A stretch of 64,000 nucleotides of DNA from Chloroflexota bacterium. Lineage in GTDB: Bacteria > Chloroflexota > Dehalococcoidia > DSTF01 > RBG-16-68-14. Below the pieces are notes generated by a model. The model did not search any database. It was not told the DNA's origin and worked only from the letters and a program-made list of their open reading frames with translations. Numbering within the stretch: the stretch's first letter is position 1; each line of letters opens with the position of its first letter. The stretch spans positions 206-64,205 of the forward strand of contig QIFC01000123.1 of NCBI GenBank assembly GCA_003228685.1. Reading direction: 5' to 3'. The translations under genes were made by a program, and so were the position numbers. This document shows positions 39,371 to 48,328 of this stretch, in pieces.

Positions 39371-40323
39371 TTATCACCGTCACGCTCAATCCGGCCGTCG
39401 ACCATACGCTCGACTTGCACCATCTCAAGCTTGGCGACACGAACCGTGTCCAGAACAGCCGCATCGATCCCGGCGGCAAGGGGATCAACGTGTCGCGTGT
39501 CCTGCAGGAACTGGGACGCGAGAGCATGGCCTCCGGCCTCGCTCCGGGCAGCCTCGGACGCTTCGTTGAGCACTCTCTCTTAGAACGAGGGATCCTTTGT
39601 GACTTCGTCCACACCCGCGGCCAGACGCGCACGAACCTCACCGTTGTCGATGACAGCATCCACGAGACGACGCTGCTCAGCTATCGCGGTCCGGAGATCG
39701 ACCCGCGTCACATGACCACACTGGAGACGAAGCTCCGCCGCTACCTCTCCAGCGGCGACTGGCTCGTCGTCGCCGGTAGCATCCCGCCACCGATCAAGCC
39801 GGAGGCCTACGCGCGCCTGATCGAACTAGGTCGGGATGCGGGCGTCAGCACGGTGCTGGACGCCGACGCAGAGGCGCTGGCAGCCGGCCTCGGAGGCAAG
39901 CCGGACCTTGTGAAGACGAACCACCACGAGGCGGAGCGGCTCCTAGGACGCGAACTTGGCGACGACGCCTTGCTCGAGCAAGCGGCGCACGAGATGCGCG
40001 CTGCCGGAGCCGGCACGGCCGTCGTCACCGCGGGAGGCCGCGGCGCCGTCGCCGTAACAGAGGACGAGACCTGGTGGGCGTGGCCGCCGGAGGTCGCGGT
40101 CGTGAGTAGCGTTGGCGCCGGTGATGCCCTGCTTGCCGGCATGCTCTTGCAACTGAGCGACGGCCGTGGCATTGAGGACGCGCTCCGCTGGGGAACGGCG
40201 GCCGGCGCGGCAGCCTGCCTAACGGAGGGCACGCAACTGTGCGGGCGAGATGCCGTCCTGAGCACGATCGATCACGTGCGCGTCAAGAGGACGAAGGATC
40301 GCGCGCCCGCGCGCGCGAAGTAG
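39367..40323 (+). CDS. 1-phosphofructokinase-family hexose kinase (PfkB)
   Basis: TVTLNPAVD, GGKGINVS, TRTN, GSIPP, SVGAGDA. Confidence 0.92.
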   Translation: MIITVTLNPAVDHTLDLHHLKLGDTNRVQNSRIDPGGKGINVSRVLQELGRESMASGLAPGSLGRFVEHSLLERGILCDFVHTRGQTRTNLTVVDDSIHETTLLSYRGPEIDPRHMTTLETKLRRYLSSGDWLVVAGSIPPPIKPEAYARLIELGRDAGVSTVLDADAEALAAGLGGKPDLVKTNHHEAERLLGRELGDDALLEQAAHEMRAAGAGTAVVTAGGRGAVAVTEDETWWAWPPEVAVVSSVGAGDALLAGMLLQLSDGRGIEDALRWGTAAGAAACLTEGTQLCGRDAVLSTIDHVRVKRTKDRAPARAK

Positions 40324-40343
40324 CAAGTCACCCGAGTAGCCTC

Positions 40344-41477
40344 TTGTCTGAAGCCCCTGTGCTGATCGTGTTCCTCGGCGGCATGGGTGGTGCTCCTATC
40401 GAAAACCAGCTCGCGGACGCGCTGACCGAGTCGGCGCTCGACCTGCTCGACGCGGCGATGGCGACCGATGCGTTCGAGCGGGCCGTCCTGGTCACCGGCA
40501 ATGACGCGGTTTCAGCGCGTGTCCCCGTGGGCGTTACGGTCGATCGAGACAGCGAGCCGTTTCAGTTCGGGAGCCGGCTCGCCTCGCTGATCCGCGCGGA
40601 GAAGATCGAGCGGCCAGTCTACGTGGGGGCGGGCGGCGTGCCGCTCATGAGTGGCACGGACCTTGCCGCCATCGCCAACCACCTGCGGCGAGAGCAACGC
40701 ATCGTCATCTCCAATAACTACTTCTCCGCCGACATGGTGGCGTTCACGCCGGGCTCAGCGATCGAACAGGTTGACGCCTCGCGGAGCGACAACTACCTGC
40801 CTCGGCTGTTGCACGGCCAAGCGGGGTTGGAGAGCAGGCCGCTGCCGCGCAGCCCGGAGACGCAGTTTAACATCGATTCGCCTGCCGATCTGGCGATCCT
40901 GAAGGTCGCGGGTGGTGGCGGCCCCAAGCTCGCGAAGTTCGTCGACGCGTTCGACGTCGACGTCGAGCCGTACCTGCGCCTGTCACGCTGCTTGGTGGAC
41001 GCGCAGGCCGAGCTGCTCCTGGCGGGCCGGGTAGGGAGCCAGGTCTGGCCCTACCTCGAATCGGAGACCGCCTGCCGGCTTCGCGTCTACTCAGAAGAGC
41101 GAGGCATGCAGGCCGCCGGCCGGGACGCCTCCGGCCAGGCGCGGTCTCTGCTGGCGTTCCACCTTCGTGAGGTCGGCTGCCAGCGCTTCTTCGCCGAGCT
41201 GGGCGAACTGGCGGACGCGGCCTGCATCGACACGCGCCCCATGCTCTCGCATCTGGGCGTCGCCGCCTCACGCGCCGATCGATTCTGGTCGGACCTGGGC
41301 CGTCCTGACGAGATCGAGGACGCGTTTCTGAAAGAGTTCACGCAGGCGGCCAACGACGCACCGATCCCGGTGCTGTTGGGCGGCCACTCGCTGATCGCTG
41401 GCGGCCTGATGCTGCTCAACGAAGCTGCGTGGCGGGCGGAAGACCGCCGGCTGCTCGCGAAGGATTCTGAGGGCTAG
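40344..41477 (+). CDS. Conserved hypothetical protein, CofC/nucleotidyltransferase-like N-terminal fold
   Basis: FQFGSRL, GAGGVPL, NNYFSAD, FNIDSPADL, SEERGM, GGHSLIAGGL; start uncertain (40344 or 40359). Confidence 0.55.
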   Translation: MSEAPVLIVFLGGMGGAPIENQLADALTESALDLLDAAMATDAFERAVLVTGNDAVSARVPVGVTVDRDSEPFQFGSRLASLIRAEKIERPVYVGAGGVPLMSGTDLAAIANHLRREQRIVISNNYFSADMVAFTPGSAIEQVDASRSDNYLPRLLHGQAGLESRPLPRSPETQFNIDSPADLAILKVAGGGGPKLAKFVDAFDVDVEPYLRLSRCLVDAQAELLLAGRVGSQVWPYLESETACRLRVYSEERGMQAAGRDASGQARSLLAFHLREVGCQRFFAELGELADAACIDTRPMLSHLGVAASRADRFWSDLGRPDEIEDAFLKEFTQAANDAPIPVLLGGHSLIAGGLMLLNEAAWRAEDRRLLAKDSEG

Positions 41478-43000
41478 TGGCTGGCGCAAGGCAGTCCGTT
41501 CTTCCGGCGCAGTGGGCGCGGGGGCTGGTCCGGGGGCTGGGCCGTCACTGGGAAGTGGCGCCCATCGCTGCGCTCGCGCTGGCGGTGGCGTTGGTTTACC
41601 TGTACTCGGCGTCCGAGCTGGCGCTGCCGTTCGACGATAGCTATATCAGCCTCCAGTTCGCGCGCAATCTGGCGGACCACGGATTCCTGACGTTCGATGG
41701 CGAGAACGCGTCGGCAGGCGCGACAAGCTTGCTGCATGTGGTGCTGCTGGCGGTGCCCATCAAGCTGGGTGTCGACCCGGTGCGCACCAGTGTCGGGCTG
41801 GGGCTACTGCTGCATGTTGCGCTGGTGGCCGCCGTTTACTGGCTGGGCTGGACAGTCTTCCGCGACCGCTTGGCCGCCTCGATAGCGGCCGTTTCAGTCG
41901 CAGCAATTGGCTATCTGGCGTTGGATGCGTTGAACGGCATGGAAACGACGCTGTTCCTGCTCCTGAGCACGCTGGCGGCCGCGGCCTTCCTCCGTGCGTC
42001 CAACGAACGAGCGTACCTGGTCGCGGGCGCGCTTGCCGCGCTCGCCGTGATGACGCGGCCTGAGGGCGTACTGCTCCTGGCAGCGCTGGTGGCGTACTAT
42101 GCCGCCGACCCGAAGCGTGGGGAGGCGCTGGTGTCGACGGAGGCTGCGCGCAGGCTGGCTGCGCTCGCCGCGCCGAGCGCGTTGGTGCTTGCCGGGCTGG
42201 CGATCTTCTATTGGGTCACGACGGACGCGCTCACGCCCGGCACGGCGACGGCCAAGCTCTACTTCTTCCGTGAATTCGAGGTGTCGCTCAACGGGCGCTA
42301 CAACCTGGCGCAGGCCGCCGTCGGAAACTTCGTCGCGCCGTTGCTGCCGTGGCTGGTGCTGGCGGCGTTCGGTGTACGGCGTCGCGAAGCGCTCCTCTTC
42401 GCCATCTTCTGGGTCGGCTTCATCGTGTTGTACTACATGCTCTTCCCAGGCGGTTTGGGGCACTATTGGTACCGCTACCAGCACATCTTCCTGCCTGCGC
42501 TCGCCGTCTTTGCGGGCGGCGGCCTGGCTTCCTTGCTGCGCGGGCGTGCCTGGCGGCCTTGGGACGTAGCGTTCGCTGGTATCATCGGCGTCGTGCTGCT
42601 GGCGGCTGTGGCGTTCCAGGTCGAGACCTTCCGCAACCACTACGCGTTCGAGATCGACCTCAACCTTGGGCGGCAGATCGCCATCGCGCAGGAGCTCCAG
42701 GCGATCTCGTCACCGGGCGAGACGATCGCCGCGCACGATATCGGTGCGATGGGCTTCTTCTCCGAGCGTGAGGTGATCGATCTCGTGGGCCTCGTTAATC
42801 CGGACGCAGTCGACTACCACGAAGGCCGCCGTCTGCGCGAGTACGTCGACCGAGTGCGGCCGAATTACATCGTCATCCTCGACTCGTGGTGGCCGCTGCT
42901 GCAGTTGGGGCTGGAGGACGACCCGGAGACGTTCGAGGAGCTGTTCGTCTCGCAGACGGGCCGCGATGGGCTGTTCAAGGTGTACCGGACGCACTACTGA
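41477..43000 (+). CDS. GT-C-fold integral membrane glycosyltransferase
   Basis: FDDSYISLQFARNLA, GATS, NGMET, TRPEG, DIGA.G, DLVGLVNP. Confidence 0.75.
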   Translation: MAGARQSVLPAQWARGLVRGLGRHWEVAPIAALALAVALVYLYSASELALPFDDSYISLQFARNLADHGFLTFDGENASAGATSLLHVVLLAVPIKLGVDPVRTSVGLGLLLHVALVAAVYWLGWTVFRDRLAASIAAVSVAAIGYLALDALNGMETTLFLLLSTLAAAAFLRASNERAYLVAGALAALAVMTRPEGVLLLAALVAYYAADPKRGEALVSTEAARRLAALAAPSALVLAGLAIFYWVTTDALTPGTATAKLYFFREFEVSLNGRYNLAQAAVGNFVAPLLPWLVLAAFGVRRREALLFAIFWVGFIVLYYMLFPGGLGHYWYRYQHIFLPALAVFAGGGLASLLRGRAWRPWDVAFAGIIGVVLLAAVAFQVETFRNHYAFEIDLNLGRQIAIAQELQAISSPGETIAAHDIGAMGFFSEREVIDLVGLVNPDAVDYHEGRRLREYVDRVRPNYIVILDSWWPLLQLGLEDDPETFEELFVSQTGRDGLFKVYRTHY

Positions 43001-44306
43001 TCGGCGCCAGGTACGCGATCCGGTCGGCTGCCATCTCGGCGATGTAGAGCGCGCCATCCGGCCCTTCAACAATGTCCAGCGGCCGGTTCAGCGCGTCCGG
43101 TACGAGTTGAGAAATCGCCGCGACGCTACGGCCTTCGGGCCCTAACTGGACCCGCCAGATGCGGCCTTGCGCCCACTCCACGTAGACCAAGTTGCCCCGC
43201 ATGACGCCGCCGAATACGTCCGAACGGTACTCGATCATGCCGTCCGCCGATGTAAAGTAACCGAGCGTCGCGATTGGCGGCGCTGCCTCACCCGATTCGT
43301 CGTCTGGCGCCCGATACGTGCACTGCCGGCCGTCGTCGCGGCCCCGGTTGCGGTTCGGGTGGCCGTACCAGTGGCCCTCGACGATCAAGTTCAGCTCGTC
43401 AGGCCCGTGTACGCCTTGGCTGGCGGTCGCACAGCCGGTCGAGGCGTCGCCGTCGGGAGCGTTCGGGCCGTTGTCCGTAGCATAGATGTTCCCGTTTGAG
43501 TGCACGACAAGGTCGTACACGTTGCGGAATCCCGCCGCGAACACGCGCACGTCGCCGCTGGCGAGTTCGGCCGTATCCGTGGCCTCGCCAGGCGGCTCGT
43601 AGGTGATCGCGCCGTTGAAGGCGGCGTCCGAAACGTCTGCGATGAGGATCGCTGCCGAGAGCGGCGTCTCGGGTCGCGGGAAACGCTCGCTGGGTACGCC
43701 GTTGTTTGACGTGCCGCCCTGCGCGATGTAGAGCTGGCCGTCCGCGTCGAACACGATGCTGTTCGTCCCGTGCTCCGCCGTCGACGCCGGCAGGCCCGTG
43801 ATCACGTCGACGCGCTCGTATGCGGGCGCGGCGAGGCGCGAGATGGAACCCGGATACGGGTCGCCGCTCTCGCCTCCATAGAGACGTGTGTGTGACACGT
43901 AGAGTTCGCCGTCAGCCGGGCTGAACGCGATGCCGAGCACCGTCTGGAACGTGTCGGATGTGGCGATCAACTCAACCGCGGTCACGTCCCGGCCGGTGAG
44001 CGTCAGCGCGACGATTTGGCCGTCTAGTTGCCCAACGTAGAGACGTCCGTCCGGCCCGAACGCCAGGGCGGTCGGCTCCTTGATCTCTGGCTCCTGCCAG
44101 GAGAGGACGCCAGTTTGAAAGCGAAGCGCGTCGTCTGGCGGGACCAGGTTCGACGGGTCGCGCGAGCCCTCGATGCCCAGCGGCAGCGGTGGCAGGCCAA
44201 GGTCGTCCGCCGCCGGCGATGTCGCATCCGGCGTTGGAATGGATGACGCGCTCCCACCGCATGCGGCGAAGCCTAGCGCGAGCACGAGCAGCAGCGGGCG
44301 TAGCAT
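42975..44306 (-). CDS. PQQ-dependent sugar dehydrogenase-like beta-propeller lipoprotein
   Basis: FAAC lipobox; PTALAFGPDGRLYV, AGFRNVYD, TDNGPN, DELNLI.EG.WYGHPN. Confidence 0.75.
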   Translation of the reverse strand: MLRPLLLVLALGFAACGGSASSIPTPDATSPAADDLGLPPLPLGIEGSRDPSNLVPPDDALRFQTGVLSWQEPEIKEPTALAFGPDGRLYVGQLDGQIVALTLTGRDVTAVELIATSDTFQTVLGIAFSPADGELYVSHTRLYGGESGDPYPGSISRLAAPAYERVDVITGLPASTAEHGTNSIVFDADGQLYIAQGGTSNNGVPSERFPRPETPLSAAILIADVSDAAFNGAITYEPPGEATDTAELASGDVRVFAAGFRNVYDLVVHSNGNIYATDNGPNAPDGDASTGCATASQGVHGPDELNLIVEGHWYGHPNRNRGRDDGRQCTYRAPDDESGEAAPPIATLGYFTSADGMIEYRSDVFGGVMRGNLVYVEWAQGRIWRVQLGPEGRSVAAISQLVPDALNRPLDIVEGPDGALYIAEMAADRIAYLAPISSASGTP

Positions 44307-44352
44307 GGCGAGCCAACCGTATCCGAGCGGTGGCCATCACGCAAGCGGCTCG

Positions 44353-44382
44353 TTGACGCTCCGCTCGGCGCTTGGGTAGACT
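44353..44382 (+). promoter_or_regulatory. glyA promoter
   Basis: TTGACG-N18-TAGACT. Confidence 0.6.
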
Positions 44383-44388
44383 GCAATC

Positions 44389-44466
44389 GGGCGCGGCGGT
44401 TCGCCGCGTCCGTCCCCAAACCGGGGCGGCGCAAGCTGCCCGCGACTCGCTTTCGAGCGGAGGGAG
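44389..44466 (+). promoter_or_regulatory. Structured 5' leader of glyA (candidate cis-regulatory RNA)
   Basis: Three hairpins plus UCCC/GGGA pairing over the SD. Confidence 0.45.
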
Positions 44467-44471
44467 CTTCA

Positions 44472-45740
44472 ATGCTCGATGTGAAAGAGGCCAAGCTAGC
44501 CCTGCGGGATACCGATCCCGAGATCTTCGCTCTGATCGAAGAGGAAGAGCGATACCAACAGGATTCGATCCGCCTGATCCCGTCCGAGAACTACGTGTCG
44601 CGGGCCGTCCTGGAGGCCAGCGGCTCGGTCCTCACGAACAAGTATTCAGAGGGCTATCCCGGCAAGCGCTACTACGAAGGCCAACTCTACATCGACCAGC
44701 TCGAAACGCTCGTGCAGGACCGGGCGAAGGCCCTCTTCGGCGTAGAGCACGCCAACGTACAGCCGTATTCCGGCTCGCCCGCCAACCTCGCCACGTACTA
44801 TGCGCTCCTGGAACCCGGCGACAAGATCATGGGGATGAGCCTGCCGCATGGCGGCCACCTCACGCACGGCTGGAACGTCAACTTCTCGGCGCGCTTTTAT
44901 ACCGCCGTTCAGTACGTTGTCGACGAGGAGACGCACCTGATCGACTACGACAACGTGCGCGATCTGGCGAAGAGTGAGCGCCCGAGGATCATCGTCGCTG
45001 GCGCCACGGCCTATCCACGCCAGTTCGACTTCGCCACGCTCGGTGAGATCGCCCGAGAAGTAGATGCCTACTTCCTCGCCGATATCGCCCATATCGCCGG
45101 CCTGATCGTCGCCGGCGTCCACCCGGACCCAGCGCCACACGCGGACGTCATCACCACGACGACGCACAAGACGCTGCGCGGCCCGAGAGGCGCCATGATC
45201 CTCTGCAAGGAGGAGCACGCCAAGGCGATCGACCGGGCCGTCTTCCCCGCGCTTCAAGGTGGCCCCCACAATCACACTACGGCGGCCATAGGCGTGGCTC
45301 TGAAGGAGGCGGCGACGGATGAGTTCCGCGCCTACGGCGAGCAGATCGTGCGTAACGCGAAGGCGCTCGCGGCGGAGCTGCTCGAACGCGGGTTCACGCT
45401 CGTATCGGGTGGCACGGACAACCACCTCGTTCTCATCGACCTGACCGATAAGGGCGTCACTGGCAAGAAGGCCGCGAGGGCGCTTGACCGGGCCGGCATC
45501 GTCACGAACTACAACACCATCCCGTACGACCCGCGCAAGCCGTTCAGCCCGAGCGGGGTCCGCATCGGCACGCCTTCCGTCACATCGCGAGGCATGGGCG
45601 AGGATGAGATGCGCCGGATCGCGGCCTGGATGGACGAAGTCGTCGCGTCGCCGGAAGACGAAGACGTGAGCAAGCGCGTCGCTGCCCAGGTGAAGGATCT
45701 CTGCGATGGCTTCCCCGCGCCAGGCCTTCCCGCCTCGTAG
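44472..45740 (+). CDS. glyA: Serine hydroxymethyltransferase
   Basis: LIPSENY, NKYSEGYPGKRYY, HGGHLTHG, TTTTHKTLRGPRG, GGTDNH. Confidence 0.97.
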   Translation: MLDVKEAKLALRDTDPEIFALIEEEERYQQDSIRLIPSENYVSRAVLEASGSVLTNKYSEGYPGKRYYEGQLYIDQLETLVQDRAKALFGVEHANVQPYSGSPANLATYYALLEPGDKIMGMSLPHGGHLTHGWNVNFSARFYTAVQYVVDEETHLIDYDNVRDLAKSERPRIIVAGATAYPRQFDFATLGEIAREVDAYFLADIAHIAGLIVAGVHPDPAPHADVITTTTHKTLRGPRGAMILCKEEHAKAIDRAVFPALQGGPHNHTTAAIGVALKEAATDEFRAYGEQIVRNAKALAAELLERGFTLVSGGTDNHLVLIDLTDKGVTGKKAARALDRAGIVTNYNTIPYDPRKPFSPSGVRIGTPSVTSRGMGEDEMRRIAAWMDEVVASPEDEDVSKRVAAQVKDLCDGFPAPGLPAS

Positions 45741-45745
45741 TTCGT

Positions 45746-45774
45746 TTGACCCGCGCTATAGGCCCTCATATACT
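45746..45774 (+). promoter_or_regulatory. Promoter of rpsF-ssb-rpsR
   Basis: TTGACC-N17-TATACT. Confidence 0.65.
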
Positions 45775-45877
45775 GAATGTCGCTGGTATTCGGCGCCAAT
45801 GCCGAGTCTGGCCCGTGCATCGCCCGACCGTGCATTGTATAGTGGCCGGGCTGTCCTTGCTTCTGAAGGAGATCTAA

Positions 45878-46170
45878 TTGCGGCGCTACGAAATGGTAGT
45901 TATCATTACGCCAGATGTGGCTGACGACGACGTAGACGACGCCGTCGAACGGCTCATCAAAAACGCCCCGTTGAGAGCGACGGTGGTACTCTTGACGAGG
46001 TCGACCTGTGGGGGCGTCGGAAGCTCGCGTACCCGATCGAAAAGCACGCCGAAGGAACCTACGTGCTGACGCAGCTTCAGTTGAACCCAGGCAGTACCAC
46101 CGAACTGGAACGCAGCCTCCAGATATCAGAAGAGGTGCTACGGCACCTGCTGATCCGGTTGGACGAATAG
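45878..46170 (+). CDS. rpsF: 30S ribosomal protein S6, frameshifted at A5 run 45959-45963
   Basis: MRRYEMVVIITP... then in another frame RPVESDGG...WGRRKLAYPIEK...EEVLRHLLIRLDE*; canonical rpsF-ssb-rpsR order. Confidence 0.9.
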
Positions 46171-46209
46171 CCGTTCCACAATGCAAGGACGGCGAGAGGA
46201 GATGGTCCT

Positions 46210-46614
46210 ATGGCGGGGCTAAACAAGGTCATGTTGATCGGACGTCTGGGTGCGGACCCGGAAATGAGATATACGGCGAATGGCCAAGCAGTGACGACGT
46301 TCAACCTTGCGGTAAACCGCAACTGGACGAGTCGTGATGGTGAGCGCCGAGAGGATACCGAATGGGTCACCGTAGTCTGCTGGGAAAAGCTCGCGGAGAC
46401 GGTGAGCCAATACCTCCAGAAGGGCCGCCAGGCATTCGTAGAAGGCCGGCTTCAGACCAGGAACTGGGAAGGCCAAGACGGCGTCAAGCGTTACAAGACC
46501 GAAGTAGTTGCAACCACAGTGCAGTTCCTGGATCGCGCGGAAGCCGCGCCGAACATCGATGAAGGTGCGCCACAGCCACCGCAAGATGAGGCGCCCGAGC
46601 CTGTAGAGAACTAG
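46210..46614 (+). CDS. ssb: Single-stranded DNA-binding protein
   Basis: [35 protein letters not shown]. Confidence 0.96.
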   Translation: MAGLNKVMLIGRLGADPEMRYTANGQAVTTFNLAVNRNWTSRDGERREDTEWVTVVCWEKLAETVSQYLQKGRQAFVEGRLQTRNWEGQDGVKRYKTEVVATTVQFLDRAEAAPNIDEGAPQPPQDEAPEPVEN

Positions 46615-46622
46615 AGGTAAAC

Positions 46623-47150
46623 GTGAGTCCAGACGAAGAAGAAACAAACGAAGCGCCCAAGACCGAAGCCCAGGCGCCTCCTGCTGCGCCGGCTCCCGCG
46701 GTCCCTGCCGCTGAGGCGCCTGCTGTAGCAGCGCCCGCTCCGGCAACCCCTGCTGCGCCGCCTGTTGCGGCGCCTGCACCTGGGGCAGGAGCCGGTGGTG
46801 CGGAGCGACCGGCCGGCGGCGAGAGGCGCCCGGACGGACCCCGGCGTGAGCCGAGGGGGCGCGATCGCGATGATGACGACCGCGGCGGCGGCGGGCGTCG
46901 CTACTTCGGCCGCCGCAAGGTATGCACGTTCTGCGTCGACAAGGCCGCCTCGGTTGACTACAAGGATCCGGGCAAACTCCGCCGCTACGTGTCAGACCGG
47001 GGACGCATTGAAACAAGACGGCGGACCGGTACCTGCGCCAAACACCAACGCTGGCTGGCCACCGCGCTGAAGCGAGCACGCCATCTAGCGCTGCTGCCGT
47101 ACTCACCGGAGCACATCCGGCTGTCGGGAACGTTCACGTCTCGACGGTAG
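46623..47150 (+). CDS. rpsR: 30S ribosomal protein S18 (Zn-binding type) with N-terminal extension
   Basis: [35 protein letters not shown]; GAGGT RBS before GTG. Confidence 0.94.
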   Translation: MSPDEEETNEAPKTEAQAPPAAPAPAVPAAEAPAVAAPAPATPAAPPVAAPAPGAGAGGAERPAGGERRPDGPRREPRGRDRDDDDRGGGGRRYFGRRKVCTFCVDKAASVDYKDPGKLRRYVSDRGRIETRRRTGTCAKHQRWLATALKRARHLALLPYSPEHIRLSGTFTSRR

Positions 47151-47176
47151 CCGTTATGACGCCATGGGAGAACGGG

Positions 47177-47201
47177 CGAGGGCGTTGCGCCCTCGTTGTG
47201 T
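47177..47201 (+). terminator. Intrinsic terminator after rpsR
   Basis: CGAGGGCG-TTG-CGCCCTCG followed by TTGTGT. Confidence 0.5.
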
Positions 47202-47234
47202 CTAAGCCTGAGACACGTTGACGCCTGAGACAGG

Positions 47235-48311
47235 ATGACAATGGGGAAGGGCCAAGACGACAGGAACAGACAACAAAAGGATGAACCTCGCTCCAGGCGC
47301 GCGCAGCGAAGGGCGGCGGAGCGGCGGCAGGCTCAGGCGGATACGAAGCAAAAGCAGGAGCATCCCGAATCGGAATCCTCGAACCGGCGGCTCATCGTCG
47401 GTGCTGTTATCGCCGTCATCATCATCGCCATCGGCTTCATCGCGTTCGGCTGGTACCAAACGGAGATCAAGCCCTTCGGCAAGACAGTCCTCCGCGTAGA
47501 GGAGACCAAGTACAACCTTTCCCATCTGCAACGCAGGATGCAACTGGAGCTGGATACCGGCTTCAACTTCTCGCTTGGTACCTCATCGATCCTGAGTCTC
47601 CCTGACTTCATGATCTTCCAGCTTGAAGGTGAGGCGTCGCTGCTTGAGGGCATCGGCGAACTCAATATCGAAGTCACAGATGAGGATGTTGCGGCTGAGA
47701 TTCGCCTTCGCGGCGGCCTCGCCGACGACGTTGAGCCCAGCGTCTTCGCCGACGAAGTCCGCGATCAGGTTGACCGCAGCGGGCTGAAGCAGAACGAGTA
47801 CGATCTGATGCTCAGGGGCTTCGTGGCCGAGCAGCGCGCGCGCGACTACTTCTTGTTCTTGGGTCCCACTGAGCAGCCGCAGGTGCGCGGAAGAATGATC
47901 ATCCTGGAAGATGCCGACCCGGAAGATGAGGAAGAGGCCGCCGCCGTGCTGGCCCGGTTGGACGCGGGTGAGGACTTCATGTTCGTGGCACTGGAAGTCA
48001 CGTTAGCCCCCAGCACGATCGAGCTCGACTGGTTCGAACGTGACGGCGAGCCGACGGTGTTTGAGGACGTCCAGGACTTCTTCTTTGAAGCGGAAGCCGG
48101 AGAGCGCAGCGACGTAATCACACAAGGCAACTTCTTCTACATCGTCGAGGTGTTGGAGAAGGACGACGCCCGCCTGCTCGATGATGACCAGCGTAATGGC
48201 GTGGCGGACCGTTCGCTCTTTGATTGGATCAGCGGCCTGCGAGAAACGCTGAACATTGAGCGAGACCTCACACAGGATGACTCGATAGACGCTCTTAACA
48301 AGCTCAACTAG
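47235..48311 (+). CDS. SurA/PrsA-like membrane-anchored foldase (degenerate parvulin domain)
   Basis: Basic N-terminus, TM, ELNIEVTDEDV, ARLDAGEDF..VA, ELDWF, FYIVEVLEK. Confidence 0.7.
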   Translation: MTMGKGQDDRNRQQKDEPRSRRAQRRAAERRQAQADTKQKQEHPESESSNRRLIVGAVIAVIIIAIGFIAFGWYQTEIKPFGKTVLRVEETKYNLSHLQRRMQLELDTGFNFSLGTSSILSLPDFMIFQLEGEASLLEGIGELNIEVTDEDVAAEIRLRGGLADDVEPSVFADEVRDQVDRSGLKQNEYDLMLRGFVAEQRARDYFLFLGPTEQPQVRGRMIILEDADPEDEEEAAAVLARLDAGEDFMFVALEVTLAPSTIELDWFERDGEPTVFEDVQDFFFEAEAGERSDVITQGNFFYIVEVLEKDDARLLDDDQRNGVADRSLFDWISGLRETLNIERDLTQDDSIDALNKLN

Positions 48312-48328
48312 CGGGATCGGCTGGAGAA

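Noticed and set aside
42975-43000. 26-bp convergent gene overlap
   Set aside because: Common in GC-rich genomes
44380-44470. ZTP (pfl) riboswitch before glyA
   Set aside because: Lacks the GACUGGCG...GUGG...CCAC and CGCCUGGGC core
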